Positions 11,141-21,589 of a stretch of DNA of 52,946 nucleotides are shown piece after piece; the first letter of the stretch is position 1; each line of letters starts with the position of its first letter. Position numbers and translations under genes: made by a program. This DNA is from Candidatus Thorarchaeota archaeon (GTDB lineage Archaea; Asgardarchaeota; Thorarchaeia; Thorarchaeales; Thorarchaeaceae). The notes under the pieces are model-generated. The model searched no databases. It was not told the origin of the DNA and saw only the letters and a list, made by a program, of their open reading frames with translations. Where the stretch lies: NCBI GenBank assembly GCA_003345545.1, contig PRDH01000016.1:1-52946 (forward strand), written 5' to 3'.

Positions 11141-14100
11141 CTAGATCATCTCCTTGAGTCTGAGCCGGGTAGCAAGACCCAGTGACATCATTTCTTGTAT
11201 CAGTAGTTTGAAGGCATATGAGACCACAACACTACTGATCTTGGCGTTTGAGCCACAGATTGGACAATAATATTGGTCTTTGTTACGGTCATAGACACCG
11301 ATGAGCCCGCACTCCTCACAGACGAGCATGTTACTCTTGTCCGACTCGTCCAAAAGACGACCTTTGAGGAGGATAGCAGCACCATGTCCAATGAGCACAT
11401 CACGTTCCATCTCTCCGAACCGGAGGCCACCCTCGCGAGCACGACCTTCAGTTGGCTGACGTGTCAGAATCTGGACAGGTCCTCGTGCTCTGGCGTGTAT
11501 CTTGTCGGCCACCATGTGATGCAACTTCTGATAGAAGATGACACCCATGAACACGTCGACCTTGAGTTTCTCTCCTGTGATACCAGAGTACATGGTTTCG
11601 CGGCCATTGTGTTTGAGACCATGCTTGCGGAGTATATCGAACAGCTGCTCCTCAGTGACACCGCAGAACGGTGTTGCATCCTGCTGTTCGCCATCCATAC
11701 ATGCAGCCTTACCAGCAACCATCTCCAGAATCTGTCCAATGGTCATTCGGCTTGGAATAGCATGAGGGTTGATGAGCAAATCTGGTACTACACCATCCTC
11801 GGTGAACGGTAAGTCCTGTTGTGGCACAACATAGCCAATGACTCCCTTCTGCCCATGACGCGATGCATACTTGTCACCGAGCTCTGGAATTCGCAGGTCA
11901 CGTACTTTCACTTTGACTAGGCGGTTGCCATCAATGGTTTCCGTAAGAATTACGCTGTCCACAACGCCCGCCTCTCCATGACGCACAGCCACAGAGGTTT
12001 CGCGGCGGTTGGGGGATGAAATCTCGAATTCCGAGTACTCTTCAAGGAATCGTGGAGGAGAGGTCCTGCCAATGAGTACGTCGCCTCCCTGTACTTCTAC
12101 TTCGGTCTCAATGACTCCATCTTCGCCAAGATTCCTGTACGACTCTGAAGCCCTGTACCCTCTAACGCTGCGATCTGGAATCTCGAACCTGTCTTCCTGA
12201 CCACCGGGATACTTGCGTTCTTCGCTCTCATAGACTCGAGCAAAGGTGCTTCTTCCTAGACCTCTCTCAATGGAGGCCTTGTTCATAATGAGGGCATCTT
12301 CAATATTGTATCCCTCGAAAGACAGGATTGCTACAACAAAGTTCTGTCCTGCAGGTCGCTCCTCGTAGCCAATAGAGTCCATGGCACGGGTCTTCACCAG
12401 AGGTACCTGAGGATAGTGGAAGAAATGAGACCGTGTGTCTGCTCGATATCTGAAATTCGCTGCCGGTACTCCGACGGACTGCTTTGCCATGCCAGCCATG
12501 TACACATTACGTGGAGACTGGTTTCTCTCTGGGAATGGGATTAGCGCTGCAGAGATGCCAAGAATTGTAGATGGCACAATCTCAAGATGAGTCGTGTTTG
12601 GACCTATGTCGGGAGGATACATAGCAATGAGGGTGTTTTCTTCCTCTTCAGCATCGATGAACTCTACGATGCCATTCCGTATTAAGTCTAGAAAGCCCCA
12701 CTCTCCGTCTACAATCATACGCAAGTGCTCATCAGTAAGACGACTCTTTCCATTCTCAACAACAATTACGGGTCTTCTCACTCGCCCAGCGTCACCGTTG
12801 ACCTGAACCTCATGGCTGTCCTCGTAGTAGGCAACATTGGTCTGGTTATCAATCTCTCCAGCACGACGTTTCTGCCGGAGTGTCTTGACCAGCACTTGTG
12901 GTGCGGGATGAATTCCAACAAGCCGCCCATTGAGAAAGACATCAGATCCCTTCCGGCCACGTTTGCCGTGGAGCTTCTCGATGGGTTCAACTTCTGCATT
13001 AATCATTGCACGCTCGACTATGTCTTCTTCAGTTCCAACTGAGATGTATGCCATCATTGCGATGTTCTTCACAAGACCACAGTTTGGACCCTCGGGTGTT
13101 TCGTTTGGACATATTTTACCCCAGTGAGTGGAATGCAGGTCTCGAGCCTCGAAATGAGGCTGAGATCGTGATAGAGGCGAAACCACCCTTCGTAGATGTG
13201 AGAGCGATGAGATGTAGTTAGTACGATCAAGAAGCTGGGATACCCCTGCCTTGCCACCAACCCAGTTACCTGTAGCAAGAGCGTGTTTCAGTCTCTGAGT
13301 AATCACGTCTGCTCTGACTGCTGTGCGAATGTTTGGTTTGCGACCTCTGACCGCTGTGCGCTCAAGTTGATACTTGATATCACGGGTCAGAGAATAGAGC
13401 GCTACCCTGAACAGTGACATCAGCAGGTCACCAGAGAGCTTCAATCTCTTGTTAGCATAATGGTCTTTGTCGTCTTGTTCTCGTTTTCCCAAGACTAGCT
13501 CAAGCAGTCGTTCAACCATCTGACCGAGATAGTATGCCTTTTGAAGTCGGCTATCATCTTCAGTTCCGATGTGAGGAAGCAGGTAACGGTCAAGCACCTT
13601 TTCAGCACGTGCAAGTCTGTACTCCTTTGTCTGACCGACTGCAACACGTTTCCCGATGAAGTCAAGAGCGTTGACACGAGTTGACCCCTCCTCTTCATCC
13701 CCAGTAGCGTTGATTGGTGCAGACTGCTCAATAGTGACGATTAGTTCGTTTCGGATCTCATCATCATCAGAGATGACATCCACAATCTCCCTATCAGACT
13801 CAAGACCTAGTGACTTCATCAGAATGGCAAGGGGAATCTTTCCTGGAACAGAGGGGAAAGAGACTCTCAGTTCACCGGTCCGCTTTCTCTCAATAGTGAC
13901 AGGAGCTCTGAAACCACGGGATGTTGAGAAGACTTTGGCAATATGGGTGAAGCTTGAGCTCTTGCTCGCCTCCTCGATGAGAATTCGGTTTGGCGCCAAA
14001 TCTTCCTGCGTTACCAGAACACGTTCAGATCCGTTGATTATGAAATAGCCACCGGGGTCCTTTGGATCCTCACCAAGGGCAATGAGTTCTTCATCGGTCT

Positions 14101-14512
14101 TACCGTGAAGATGACATTGTTCGCATCGAAGCATGATTGGCATGTTGCCAATGTAGATTTTCAGGGTCTCAAGCCGGGTTGATACAGACCCCTCCTTTCG
14201 GACCGGGGTCATGTTCAGGAAGAGTTTGCTGGCGTACGTGAGGTTTCTGATTCTTGCCTCGTTGGGAGTCAGATTGTGTTCGCTCCCATCGGCCTCTCTA
14301 ATCGTAGGTTTTCCTATCTCGATATCGCCCAATTCTACGACATAACCCTCGATCTTAGGAGTCAGCTTTCCAACACTGTCAACTACTTGCTGAAGCTCCT
14401 CCCGTATGAACCGATTAAACGAGTCAAGATGTTGGCCGACTAGTCCATAATGGTCGAAGAACGCCTCAATGACAGGCCAATACTTTTCCCGATCTTTAGT
14501 ACCCGACGCCAT
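11141..14512 (-). CDS. rpoB: DNA-directed RNA polymerase subunit B (unsplit)
   Basis: GGYFIINGSERV, GDKYASRHGQKG, GGLRFGEMERD. Confidence 0.99.
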   Translation of the reverse strand: MASGTKDREKYWPVIEAFFDHYGLVGQHLDSFNRFIREELQQVVDSVGKLTPKIEGYVVELGDIEIGKPTIREADGSEHNLTPNEARIRNLTYASKLFLNMTPVRKEGSVSTRLETLKIYIGNMPIMLRCEQCHLHGKTDEELIALGEDPKDPGGYFIINGSERVLVTQEDLAPNRILIEEASKSSSFTHIAKVFSTSRGFRAPVTIERKRTGELRVSFPSVPGKIPLAILMKSLGLESDREIVDVISDDDEIRNELIVTIEQSAPINATGDEEEGSTRVNALDFIGKRVAVGQTKEYRLARAEKVLDRYLLPHIGTEDDSRLQKAYYLGQMVERLLELVLGKREQDDKDHYANKRLKLSGDLLMSLFRVALYSLTRDIKYQLERTAVRGRKPNIRTAVRADVITQRLKHALATGNWVGGKAGVSQLLDRTNYISSLSHLRRVVSPLSRSQPHFEARDLHSTHWGKICPNETPEGPNCGLVKNIAMMAYISVGTEEDIVERAMINAEVEPIEKLHGKRGRKGSDVFLNGRLVGIHPAPQVLVKTLRQKRRAGEIDNQTNVAYYEDSHEVQVNGDAGRVRRPVIVVENGKSRLTDEHLRMIVDGEWGFLDLIRNGIVEFIDAEEEENTLIAMYPPDIGPNTTHLEIVPSTILGISAALIPFPERNQSPRNVYMAGMAKQSVGVPAANFRYRADTRSHFFHYPQVPLVKTRAMDSIGYEERPAGQNFVVAILSFEGYNIEDALIMNKASIERGLGRSTFARVYESEERKYPGGQEDRFEIPDRSVRGYRASESYRNLGEDGVIETEVEVQGGDVLIGRTSPPRFLEEYSEFEISSPNRRETSVAVRHGEAGVVDSVILTETIDGNRLVKVKVRDLRIPELGDKYASRHGQKGVIGYVVPQQDLPFTEDGVVPDLLINPHAIPSRMTIGQILEMVAGKAACMDGEQQDATPFCGVTEEQLFDILRKHGLKHNGRETMYSGITGEKLKVDVFMGVIFYQKLHHMVADKIHARARGPVQILTRQPTEGRAREGGLRFGEMERDVLIGHGAAILLKGRLLDESDKSNMLVCEECGLIGVYDRNKDQYYCPICGSNAKISSVVVSYAFKLLIQEMMSLGLATRLRLKEMI

Positions 14513-14538
14513 AGAGTAATCACACCGTGAATGTGTAG

Positions 14539-14628
14539 GACGGGGGAACTATCGCTAGCACATACGCTTCCCAACGCATGGAACCCAGAAACCCGAGCTC
14601 GTACATCTGCCGCAATAGCCGCCCCGTT
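14539..14628 (-). ncRNA. Long G-U-rich hairpin between tRNA-Lys and rpoB (leader or sRNA)
   Basis: ACGGGG/CCCCGT, GGCTATTGC/GCGATAGTT, GGCA/TGCT and TGTACG/CGTATG stacked stems. Confidence 0.4.
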
Positions 14629-14681
14629 TGTTGTTTACTCTGACAGACTCTGCTGTTGGTCCCCACCCATATCGAGGCCGA

Positions 14682-14790
14682 TGGCGGGCTCGGCGGGATT
14701 TGAACCCGCGGCCCTTTCCCGAGTCAAGAGAAGAACCTCTTGCTCATCAGGTTAAAGGCCTGCTGCGCTTCCTAGCTGCGCCACGAGCCC
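14682..14790 (-). tRNA. tRNA-Lys(UUU) with a ~32-nt non-canonical intron (about 43/44) and C33
   Basis: GGGCTCG/CGAGCCC acceptor, D stem GCGC, loop CCTTTAA, T-arm GCGGG-TTCAAAT-CCCGC, CCA; intron about 14715-14746. Confidence 0.8.
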
Positions 14791-15161
14791 CTGATGTCTA
14801 GGCGGTTCTCAGCTGTTCACCTTCGGTGCTCTATGCATGACAACGAGTACCATGAAATGTGACTTATGGCCATGCATGAATGGGAAGCAGTTCTGCCTGA
14901 GCAAAGGACAAAAAATTCTGTAGCCATAAAAGGATTCCGATAAAACACATAAATGGCATGACATCTAAGGGCGGTCTGGCGATGTACGCCACTGATATTA
15001 TACGCTATGGACCATAATAAACTTACGCTGTCGCCCAGCTTTAGTGATCAACTCTCAAGGAAAATGCGTGATAATGATTCACTCTTGATTCTTGATGTGA
15101 AAATGGCGTATTCTCGACCGATGACTTTAATAGAATTTCACGTTTGCAGCAGTGGAAACTC

Positions 15162-15268
15162 GCCCCTGTAGTGTAGTACGGTTTAGCATTTAAGACTGTC
15201 AATCCGAGCGGATTGACGCTTGAAGCAGACCTCTTGAGACCCGGGTTCAAATCCCGGCGGGGGCGCCA
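15162..15268 (+). tRNA. tRNA-Asp(GUC) with a 29-nt canonical intron
   Basis: Cloverleaf; BHB CTGT/GCAG; intron 15202-15230; CCA; TTTAATA box upstream. Confidence 0.95.
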
Positions 15269-15350
15269 CTTCTTCTACAAGTCCACTCCGCAGCGTTTTG
15301 ATGACCTACATCGTGACTGACATAAGGAATGATGAACACAGCACAGTACT

Positions 15351-15815
15351 ATGATGTCCTGCATCGAGATGTTAGTCAATCACAATCTCACTGTCAGAAG
15401 ATCAATACTTGAAACACTGGAGGGATTGAACAACGGGGCCTTCGTGCGTGATTCGGGAAGTGGGATTGAATCCATTCGAGACATCCTCGTACATCTGATT
15501 GATACTGAGAGATACTGGATCTCGGTCTTGAGAGAGAGGGAGTGCGTGCGTCTTAATCCTGCAGACTTCGGTACCATAGGGGACATCAAGACAGTCTGGT
15601 GCGAAACAGAAGAACTCACAAGGAGATTTCTAAAGGACTTGAGTCAAGAACAGCTTAGCCATGTCAGGTCTGTGAGAAACGACGAAAAGACCATCTATTT
15701 CACGGTGGCAAAAGTCCTCATCCATTTGGCTGTTCATGAGGTTCATCACCAAGGACTGATTGTTGGGCTTATCAGGCAGCTTGGACTTGACCCACCAAAT
15801 ACAGACATGTTATAG
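15351..15815 (+). CDS. DinB-family protein
   Basis: SIRDILVHLIDTERYW and HEVHHQG metal-binding His motifs. Confidence 0.9.
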   Translation: MMSCIEMLVNHNLTVRRSILETLEGLNNGAFVRDSGSGIESIRDILVHLIDTERYWISVLRERECVRLNPADFGTIGDIKTVWCETEELTRRFLKDLSQEQLSHVRSVRNDEKTIYFTVAKVLIHLAVHEVHHQGLIVGLIRQLGLDPPNTDML

Positions 15816-15827
15816 GAGCAATGCACA

Positions 15828-16826
15828 ATGACTGAGTTCTTGGATTCGTGTTTGGCTGCCATCAAGGTACAAGAGAAATCAATTGCCGATACGCTGAAGA
15901 ATGTAGCTGCCGAAACAGGACCCTGGATTGCTGCTAAGCAACGGGTCATTCTCGTGGGTGCGGGTGACTCCTATGCAGTTGCGGATTTTGGGAGGTGGGC
16001 ATTGCTCAGTGCGGGTGTTAATGCGTACTCGGTTTCGCCAACGGAAATTGCGTACATTCCCTTGGACTCTGAGTGTGTTGTGATTGGAATAACTGCGTCT
16101 GGCAGGAGCCTTTCAACACTAGATGCAATACGAACGGCCAAGGCACATGGAGCAAGTATCATTGTTCTCACAGATGATCCAAATGGAAGAGCCGCAAAGG
16201 AAACCCTAGACGTATGGACCACAAGAGCAGGTGTAGAATCGTATAATGTGAGCCCGGCCTCTCCAACTACGACGGCGATGGCTTATCTTCTCAAGGTTGC
16301 CTCTGGACTCAGTAGTAAGTTCCAGATTGACCTGCAACATGATGTCAATCGTCTATCGAGAGCCGGTAGAGAGATGGTGGCATGGGCCGAAGAAGAAGGC
16401 ATTACAATCTCAAACATGATATCGCCGAAGGCCCCCCTGTATATGATCTCTGATGGCCCAAACTACACAGCAGCTCAGATTGGGATGATGAAGTTCAACG
16501 AGTTTTCAATAATGAAGGGAATTGCCGCTCTTCGAGAAGAGTTCTGTCACCACCACAACCTGTCAATCGGAGAGGGAGAACAAGTCATCCTCATATCGAT
16601 CAGTCCTCCATCAGCCAGCGACAATCTGTATCTAGGGGTTCTATCAGACACTCTGAAAATGAAGACGCACCATCTTCACAATGAACTGGGCTTGAGAACA
16701 GCTCTTGCTCAGGCAATTCCAAATACAATTGCGCTGCAGATGGCCGCGCACTATACTGTGCGTCGCTTCAAACCAGATATGGAAGGTTTCAAGATGCCTC
16801 ATGCAAAGGCATTCCAGATCTATTGA
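15828..16826 (+). CDS. Double SIS-domain sugar isomerase/deglycase (GlmS isomerase-like)
   Basis: GAGDSYA, GITASGRS, MKFNE, EEFCH. Confidence 0.85.
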   Translation: MTEFLDSCLAAIKVQEKSIADTLKNVAAETGPWIAAKQRVILVGAGDSYAVADFGRWALLSAGVNAYSVSPTEIAYIPLDSECVVIGITASGRSLSTLDAIRTAKAHGASIIVLTDDPNGRAAKETLDVWTTRAGVESYNVSPASPTTTAMAYLLKVASGLSSKFQIDLQHDVNRLSRAGREMVAWAEEEGITISNMISPKAPLYMISDGPNYTAAQIGMMKFNEFSIMKGIAALREEFCHHHNLSIGEGEQVILISISPPSASDNLYLGVLSDTLKMKTHHLHNELGLRTALAQAIPNTIALQMAAHYTVRRFKPDMEGFKMPHAKAFQIY

Positions 16827-16878
16827 ATTTCGTCCTTCAAGGGAAGACCTATCAATATCCAAGAAATCGTGAGAAACT

Positions 16879-17838
16879 GTGACAGATTTATCAAGACTCC
16901 TTCAAGAGAGTGGTACTCCAGAGAAACGCAGATTCATTGCCGATTACATCCATGATCATTCTCATGAGTTCGAGTCATTACTTGACAGCACGTTCGAGTA
17001 CGACGAGGGTTTGAAGGGACATATACTTGACATTGTGGACCTCCTGAATAGTACTCTGATGGTCCGTGTCATAGAGAAAGCTGTCATGGACGATGATGTG
17101 CAGACCCGGATAAGAGGGCTACAGGCAGCATACAGAAGCAGAGTCGACTCGGTCAACGTACATGTCGCACAGATTCTGATGGCCGAAGAGGAGGAGTTTG
17201 AGGCACGAAAATGGGCTCTGCATATCTTGGGAAGCACGGATCCCGACTACTACAGCCAGATGATAAGAAAGATGACACGCGATCGCTCTGAAGACCTCAG
17301 ACTACGAAAGGAGGCAGTCTTCGCCCTCACGAAGATTGTGAATGATAAGACAGTGGGGACTCTCTGCACACTCTTGGGTGACTCTAATGTTGAGATACGA
17401 CGGTCCGGGGCATGGGCCCTCAGCAATGTTGGAGCCCCAGAGTCCGTTAGCTGTCTATTGGCTGCCTTAGATGATGAAGACGAAGATGTCCGGGACTGGG
17501 CAATACGCGCACTTCGTGATATGGATGATGCTCATGCATTGCAGGGACTTGCTGATGCAATTCATTCAAGCTCTCCAGAGGAGCAGGTGAGAATGATTCG
17601 ATTAGTAGTAGAGCGGCGGTCAGAGGTCATTCTGAGAGTTATTGCAGAGCTTCTGGGTTCGCAAGAGCTTGATGTCAGACGTACTGCTGCATGGGCATTG
17701 AGCGTGTCGCCATACCCGCCGGCCGTGCCAAGTCTCAAGACGCTTCTTGATGATCAGGATGAGCAGACCAGAGAGTATGCAAGAGTAGCTCTGATTAGGA
17801 GCGGTGGTCTTGACCCCACTGAGCTGACCTTAGAATAG
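16879..17838 (+). CDS. HEAT (PBS lyase-like) repeat protein
   Basis: Repeated L-x-D-x-x-x-x-VR-x-x-A-x-x-AL units. Confidence 0.9.
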   Translation: MTDLSRLLQESGTPEKRRFIADYIHDHSHEFESLLDSTFEYDEGLKGHILDIVDLLNSTLMVRVIEKAVMDDDVQTRIRGLQAAYRSRVDSVNVHVAQILMAEEEEFEARKWALHILGSTDPDYYSQMIRKMTRDRSEDLRLRKEAVFALTKIVNDKTVGTLCTLLGDSNVEIRRSGAWALSNVGAPESVSCLLAALDDEDEDVRDWAIRALRDMDDAHALQGLADAIHSSSPEEQVRMIRLVVERRSEVILRVIAELLGSQELDVRRTAAWALSVSPYPPAVPSLKTLLDDQDEQTREYARVALIRSGGLDPTELTLE

Positions 17839-17839
17839 A

Positions 17840-18607
17840 CTACATCATTCCTTTGAACAAGCCGCCATCAACAAGTAAGAGTGCGCCATGTACATAGCTT
17901 GCAAGAGGACTCAGTAGAAAGGCACAGACTCTGCCAAATTCATCAGGTGTTCCCATTCGTCCAAGAGGAATTCTGGCTACAATCGCTTCTTCTGCAGCAT
18001 CACCCTTGGATTTCGCGGTTGACATCAATTGCCTGACACGTTCAGTGTGTATGTATCCAGGACATATGGCGTTGGTTCGAATGCCATCTGGTCCAAGCTC
18101 CTCAGAGAGTGTACGCATCATCCCTATTACTGCGGGACGGAGTGAGTTGGATAGTAGCAGGTTTGGAATAGGTTGTTTGACAGAGATTGACGTGCTATAG
18201 AGAATGGACGGGGCGTCAGACTTCTTCAGAAGAGGAATTGCCTCCCTGGTCAGGCGAATTGCACTCATCAGAGTGAGGTCGATTGCCTTCGACCAGTCAT
18301 CATCTGAAATCTCAGTGAATGTCCCCGGAGCCGGCCCTCCTGCATTCACAAAGAGACCATCCAGCTTGGATGTCTGCTCCCTTGTGAAGTTCAGTAAGGC
18401 AGTCACATCCGCAGGCGTTGCAACATCTGCAACAAAGTACTGACATCTAGTTCCAAGGGAGGATGCCGCGTCCTTCAAGGGCTTCTTACTTCTCCCGCAG
18501 ATTATTACATTAGCCTTCTCTCCTACAAGAGCCTTGGCTACACCAAAACCTAGTCCTCGAGATGCAGCTGTCACCAGGAATGTTCTGTCCTCTAGTTGCA
18601 GATTCAT
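17840..18607 (-). CDS. SDR family oxidoreductase
   Basis: VTAASRGLG, NAGGP, NAICPGYIHT, VDGG. Confidence 0.92.
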   Translation of the reverse strand: MNLQLEDRTFLVTAASRGLGFGVAKALVGEKANVIICGRSKKPLKDAASSLGTRCQYFVADVATPADVTALLNFTREQTSKLDGLFVNAGGPAPGTFTEISDDDWSKAIDLTLMSAIRLTREAIPLLKKSDAPSILYSTSISVKQPIPNLLLSNSLRPAVIGMMRTLSEELGPDGIRTNAICPGYIHTERVRQLMSTAKSKGDAAEEAIVARIPLGRMGTPDEFGRVCAFLLSPLASYVHGALLLVDGGLFKGMM

Positions 18608-18657
18608 AGTTCTGTATTATGTAACAAGAACCTGATAAAAACCACGAATACGTCAAT

Positions 18658-18960
18658 CTATGCTGCTTCAGGTGTTGCAGAACGCTCAGTTCGTGCCCCG
18701 AACGTGACCTCTAGATGCAGAAAGGTTGAGCTCAGACGCTGGAAATCGTTCGGAACTTTGAATTCACCAATCCCTGTTGTATTGAGTGCCCTATCAATCT
18801 TAGCCGTTGTCAGACGTCCGTTATCTTTTGAGTTGAATGCAAGAAGGATTCTCGTTTCTTCTGGATCTGGTATCTTATACACCGAGGAACACTTGATGCC
18901 ATTGCTGGATAGGACTTGTTTGATTTTTGCCTCTAGTTCGTTCATCACTGTCTGCACCAA
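18658..18960 (-). CDS. Hypothetical protein
   Basis: ORF with globular composition in an otherwise free slot; GTGA SD-like upstream. Confidence 0.6.
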   Translation of the reverse strand: MVQTVMNELEAKIKQVLSSNGIKCSSVYKIPDPEETRILLAFNSKDNGRLTTAKIDRALNTTGIGEFKVPNDFQRLSSTFLHLEVTFGARTERSATPEAA

Positions 18961-19139
18961 ATACTCGTCACGTCCAAGATACTAAAGCACCTGTATTAAT
19001 AGGGTATTACTCACTAAGAGCGCCAATCACATGCCAGCAGTTATGAAGTTCGCTCATTCATTCCGAGTATGATGCCTGGTTATTGCGTTCATGCTTCCTT
19101 TGATAAGGTCCCTGCAGGAGTACTGAGTACAAGCAGAGC

Positions 19140-20135
19140 GTGGAGCAGTTGGACAAGGAAGGATATCGAAGATACCTGACTGATCGAGAGAGTCCCGTTC
19201 TCGAAGGCAAAGTCAGAGAAGGAATCTTCATGGTTGAGAGGTTTGAGAGATTCATCATGAAATTCGGTAAGACTCTCGAAACAGTTGGCTCCTCTGAGCT
19301 CAACAGATTCTCACTGGTTCTCATTGATGAGGCTGCTAACACGTATGAGAACTATGTCGCACTATTGAGGTATGGCTACTTTGTGAAGAACATGCGACTC
19401 TACCTTGCGGTTCTAGAGCTGCTCGATGGCGCAGAAGTCATGGATGTGCTACGTGAGAAACTGAGTGAGATGGTCGGCGACAATGAGCACGATCAGGTCT
19501 TTGATGAGATAGATGGACCCCCATTGGGCATGCCATCATCCGAGAAGCCGCGAGTCACGAAGAAGGTGGTGGACAGGATGGAGGACATACTTGACTTGGA
19601 AACATGTCAGAAGGTCCTTGCTGAGGTCGCACATGGCCTTCCGAGAGATTTCCGTAAAGATGAACGCGAGAAGTACCTCAATGCGGGAAGCCTAGATGAA
19701 TATCTGAAACAGACACAAATGGATGGAATCGCTGAGCTTGAGAAACATAGGAACGATGGCACCCTGTTTTACAACCAAGAGATCACTGATGAAGTGATTG
19801 AATTCGTGAAGAGCCGTCCGGATGTCTTAATTGGTGAGAGAAGGGGAAATGTCATCTATCACACCAAGATTCCATTCATGGCAAAGGAGTATCTTGCTGC
19901 GACAGACAACAAGATGAAGAGATACTATGCGTGCCATTGTGCTTGGGCAAGGGAAAGCATACTGAAGGGCGATGTAGACATCTCACCCACATTCTGCTAC
20001 TGCAGCGGCGGATTCACAAAACAGTCTTGGGAGGCCGCGCTTGGTCAACCTCTCAGAGTTGAGATGATCAACTCTGTGCTTAAGGGAGACCTGGAGTGTA
20101 GCTTCAAAGTGTACTTACCTGAGGACGTGGTATGA
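19140..20135 (+). CDS. Hypothetical protein with C-terminal Cys-rich V4R/DUF6144-like domain
   Basis: CHCAWAR, FCYCSGGF, SVLKGDLECSF. Confidence 0.7.
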   Translation: MEQLDKEGYRRYLTDRESPVLEGKVREGIFMVERFERFIMKFGKTLETVGSSELNRFSLVLIDEAANTYENYVALLRYGYFVKNMRLYLAVLELLDGAEVMDVLREKLSEMVGDNEHDQVFDEIDGPPLGMPSSEKPRVTKKVVDRMEDILDLETCQKVLAEVAHGLPRDFRKDEREKYLNAGSLDEYLKQTQMDGIAELEKHRNDGTLFYNQEITDEVIEFVKSRPDVLIGERRGNVIYHTKIPFMAKEYLAATDNKMKRYYACHCAWARESILKGDVDISPTFCYCSGGFTKQSWEAALGQPLRVEMINSVLKGDLECSFKVYLPEDVV

Positions 20136-20176
20136 GGCAGTGGCCAACCTTCCAAGCGAGTTGATGACGAACTTGG

Positions 20177-21367
20177 TTACTTCACTGCCTTTGCAAATGC
20201 CCGACCAAACTCGTAGGCATTCTTGAGTTCTTCCTCCGTTGGCACCCATTTGACTGTGAATGGTTCCATCACAATCTCCATCTTTCCACGTACCATTGCT
20301 TCCTGGATCTTCTTGACCGCCCCGCCGCCCCATCCATAGGACCCAAACGCTGCAGCCTTCTTTCCCTTTGGTTTGAGAACTTCGAAATCAGAGAGAATCG
20401 GTGCCACAGTGGGCAAGATATCATTATGGAGTGTTGCACTTCCGACAAGTACCCCCTTTGCCTCCAGCAGCTCAGCCATGATATCGCTCCTATCGCTGTG
20501 AGGTATGAGCCGCAGGAGGGGTATCATGCCCTCGCTGTCTATTCCCTCAGCAATAGCACGAGCCAGTTTTGTTGTGCTCTGCCACATCGTATCCCAGGTG
20601 ATCACTATCTTGTCAGATGTTCTCTCGCCTTTTGCCCATGCCAGGTATCGTGTCACAATCTCAAGAGGATTCTTTCTCCAGATCAAACCATGAGAGGGAG
20701 CAATCACCTTGATGGGGAGTCCAAGCTTGACTACCTCCTCAATCTTCCTCTGTACCATGGAGCTCAGTGGCCATAGGATATTCGCATAGTACTTCTCAGC
20801 CTCTTTCCAGAGAATGTTTTGGTCTACTTCGTCAGCGAACCGCCTCTCAGTCGCATAGTGCTGCCCGAATGCATCGTTGGGCATGAGCAGCTGCTCTTCT
20901 ACATAGTATGTGAACATCGACTCAGGCCAATGCAACATGGGGGCCTCATAGAACCGCAAGGTCTTTCCCCCAAGGTCAATCTCATCACCGGTCTTGACAG
21001 TCTGAATATCCCATCCGTCGGGATAGTGCTTCTTCAGCTCGTCAACGGCCTTTGCAGTACAGACAAGCTTGGCATTCTTCATGACCTTCAACACATCAGG
21101 AACAGCACCGGAGTGGTCCATCTCTGTGTGGTTCGAGATCATGTAGTCAATCTTCTCAGGTTCGATAATCTCAGAGATTCTTGAGAACATCTCTTCTGAG
21201 AATGAACCAAGAACACCATCAATGAGAGCTATCTTCTCTCCCATCACTAGGTATGCATTATATGTAGTACCATGATGTGTGGTGTAGCTGTATCCGTGAA
21301 AGTTACGAACATTATAGTCAATTGCACCGACCCAGTAGACATCCTTTACGACTTCGATTGCCTTCAT
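20177..21367 (-). CDS. fprA: A-type flavoprotein / flavodiiron protein
   Basis: GTTYNAY, HTEMDHSG, LHWP, DAFGQH, APSHG, flavodoxin AFGSYGW; start moved to the ATG after a GAGG SD. Confidence 0.95.
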   Translation of the reverse strand: MKAIEVVKDVYWVGAIDYNVRNFHGYSYTTHHGTTYNAYLVMGEKIALIDGVLGSFSEEMFSRISEIIEPEKIDYMISNHTEMDHSGAVPDVLKVMKNAKLVCTAKAVDELKKHYPDGWDIQTVKTGDEIDLGGKTLRFYEAPMLHWPESMFTYYVEEQLLMPNDAFGQHYATERRFADEVDQNILWKEAEKYYANILWPLSSMVQRKIEEVVKLGLPIKVIAPSHGLIWRKNPLEIVTRYLAWAKGERTSDKIVITWDTMWQSTTKLARAIAEGIDSEGMIPLLRLIPHSDRSDIMAELLEAKGVLVGSATLHNDILPTVAPILSDFEVLKPKGKKAAAFGSYGWGGGAVKKIQEAMVRGKMEIVMEPFTVKWVPTEEELKNAYEFGRAFAKAVK

Positions 21368-21589
21368 GGTTTCAATCCTCAATTTGTTAACAATAGTGCA
21401 TTGATATTTAAGTTGAATGGTTTCCAAATGGTAAGTGGCAGAAACGCCCACTCAGATGACTCAAGAGAATCGCTAGGCAGGAATCGGTAGGAGCGACTGC
21501 AATTGGTTTCATTGTGTCGGGGTTACTAGCGTCTTTAGAGCCTACTTCAAGCGTGAGTTCTACAAGTCGTTGAGTGTTAATCGGAATTG

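Noticed and set aside
14712-14750. Hammerhead-like CTGATGA...GAAA in the tRNA-Lys intron
   Set aside because: Extra nucleotides between stem II and GAAA and no proper stem I/III cleavage triplet; explained by the intron hairpin.
14745-14762. Reading the tRNA loop as CT-TTA-A (ochre suppressor)
   Set aside because: That register destroys the anticodon stem, and no splice choice restores it; UUU with C33 fits better.
14531-15250. Short ORFs overlapping tRNA genes (also 23797-23994, 39195-39748, 48149-48343, 52301-52669)
   Set aside because: They overlap well-formed tRNAs and have no protein motifs.
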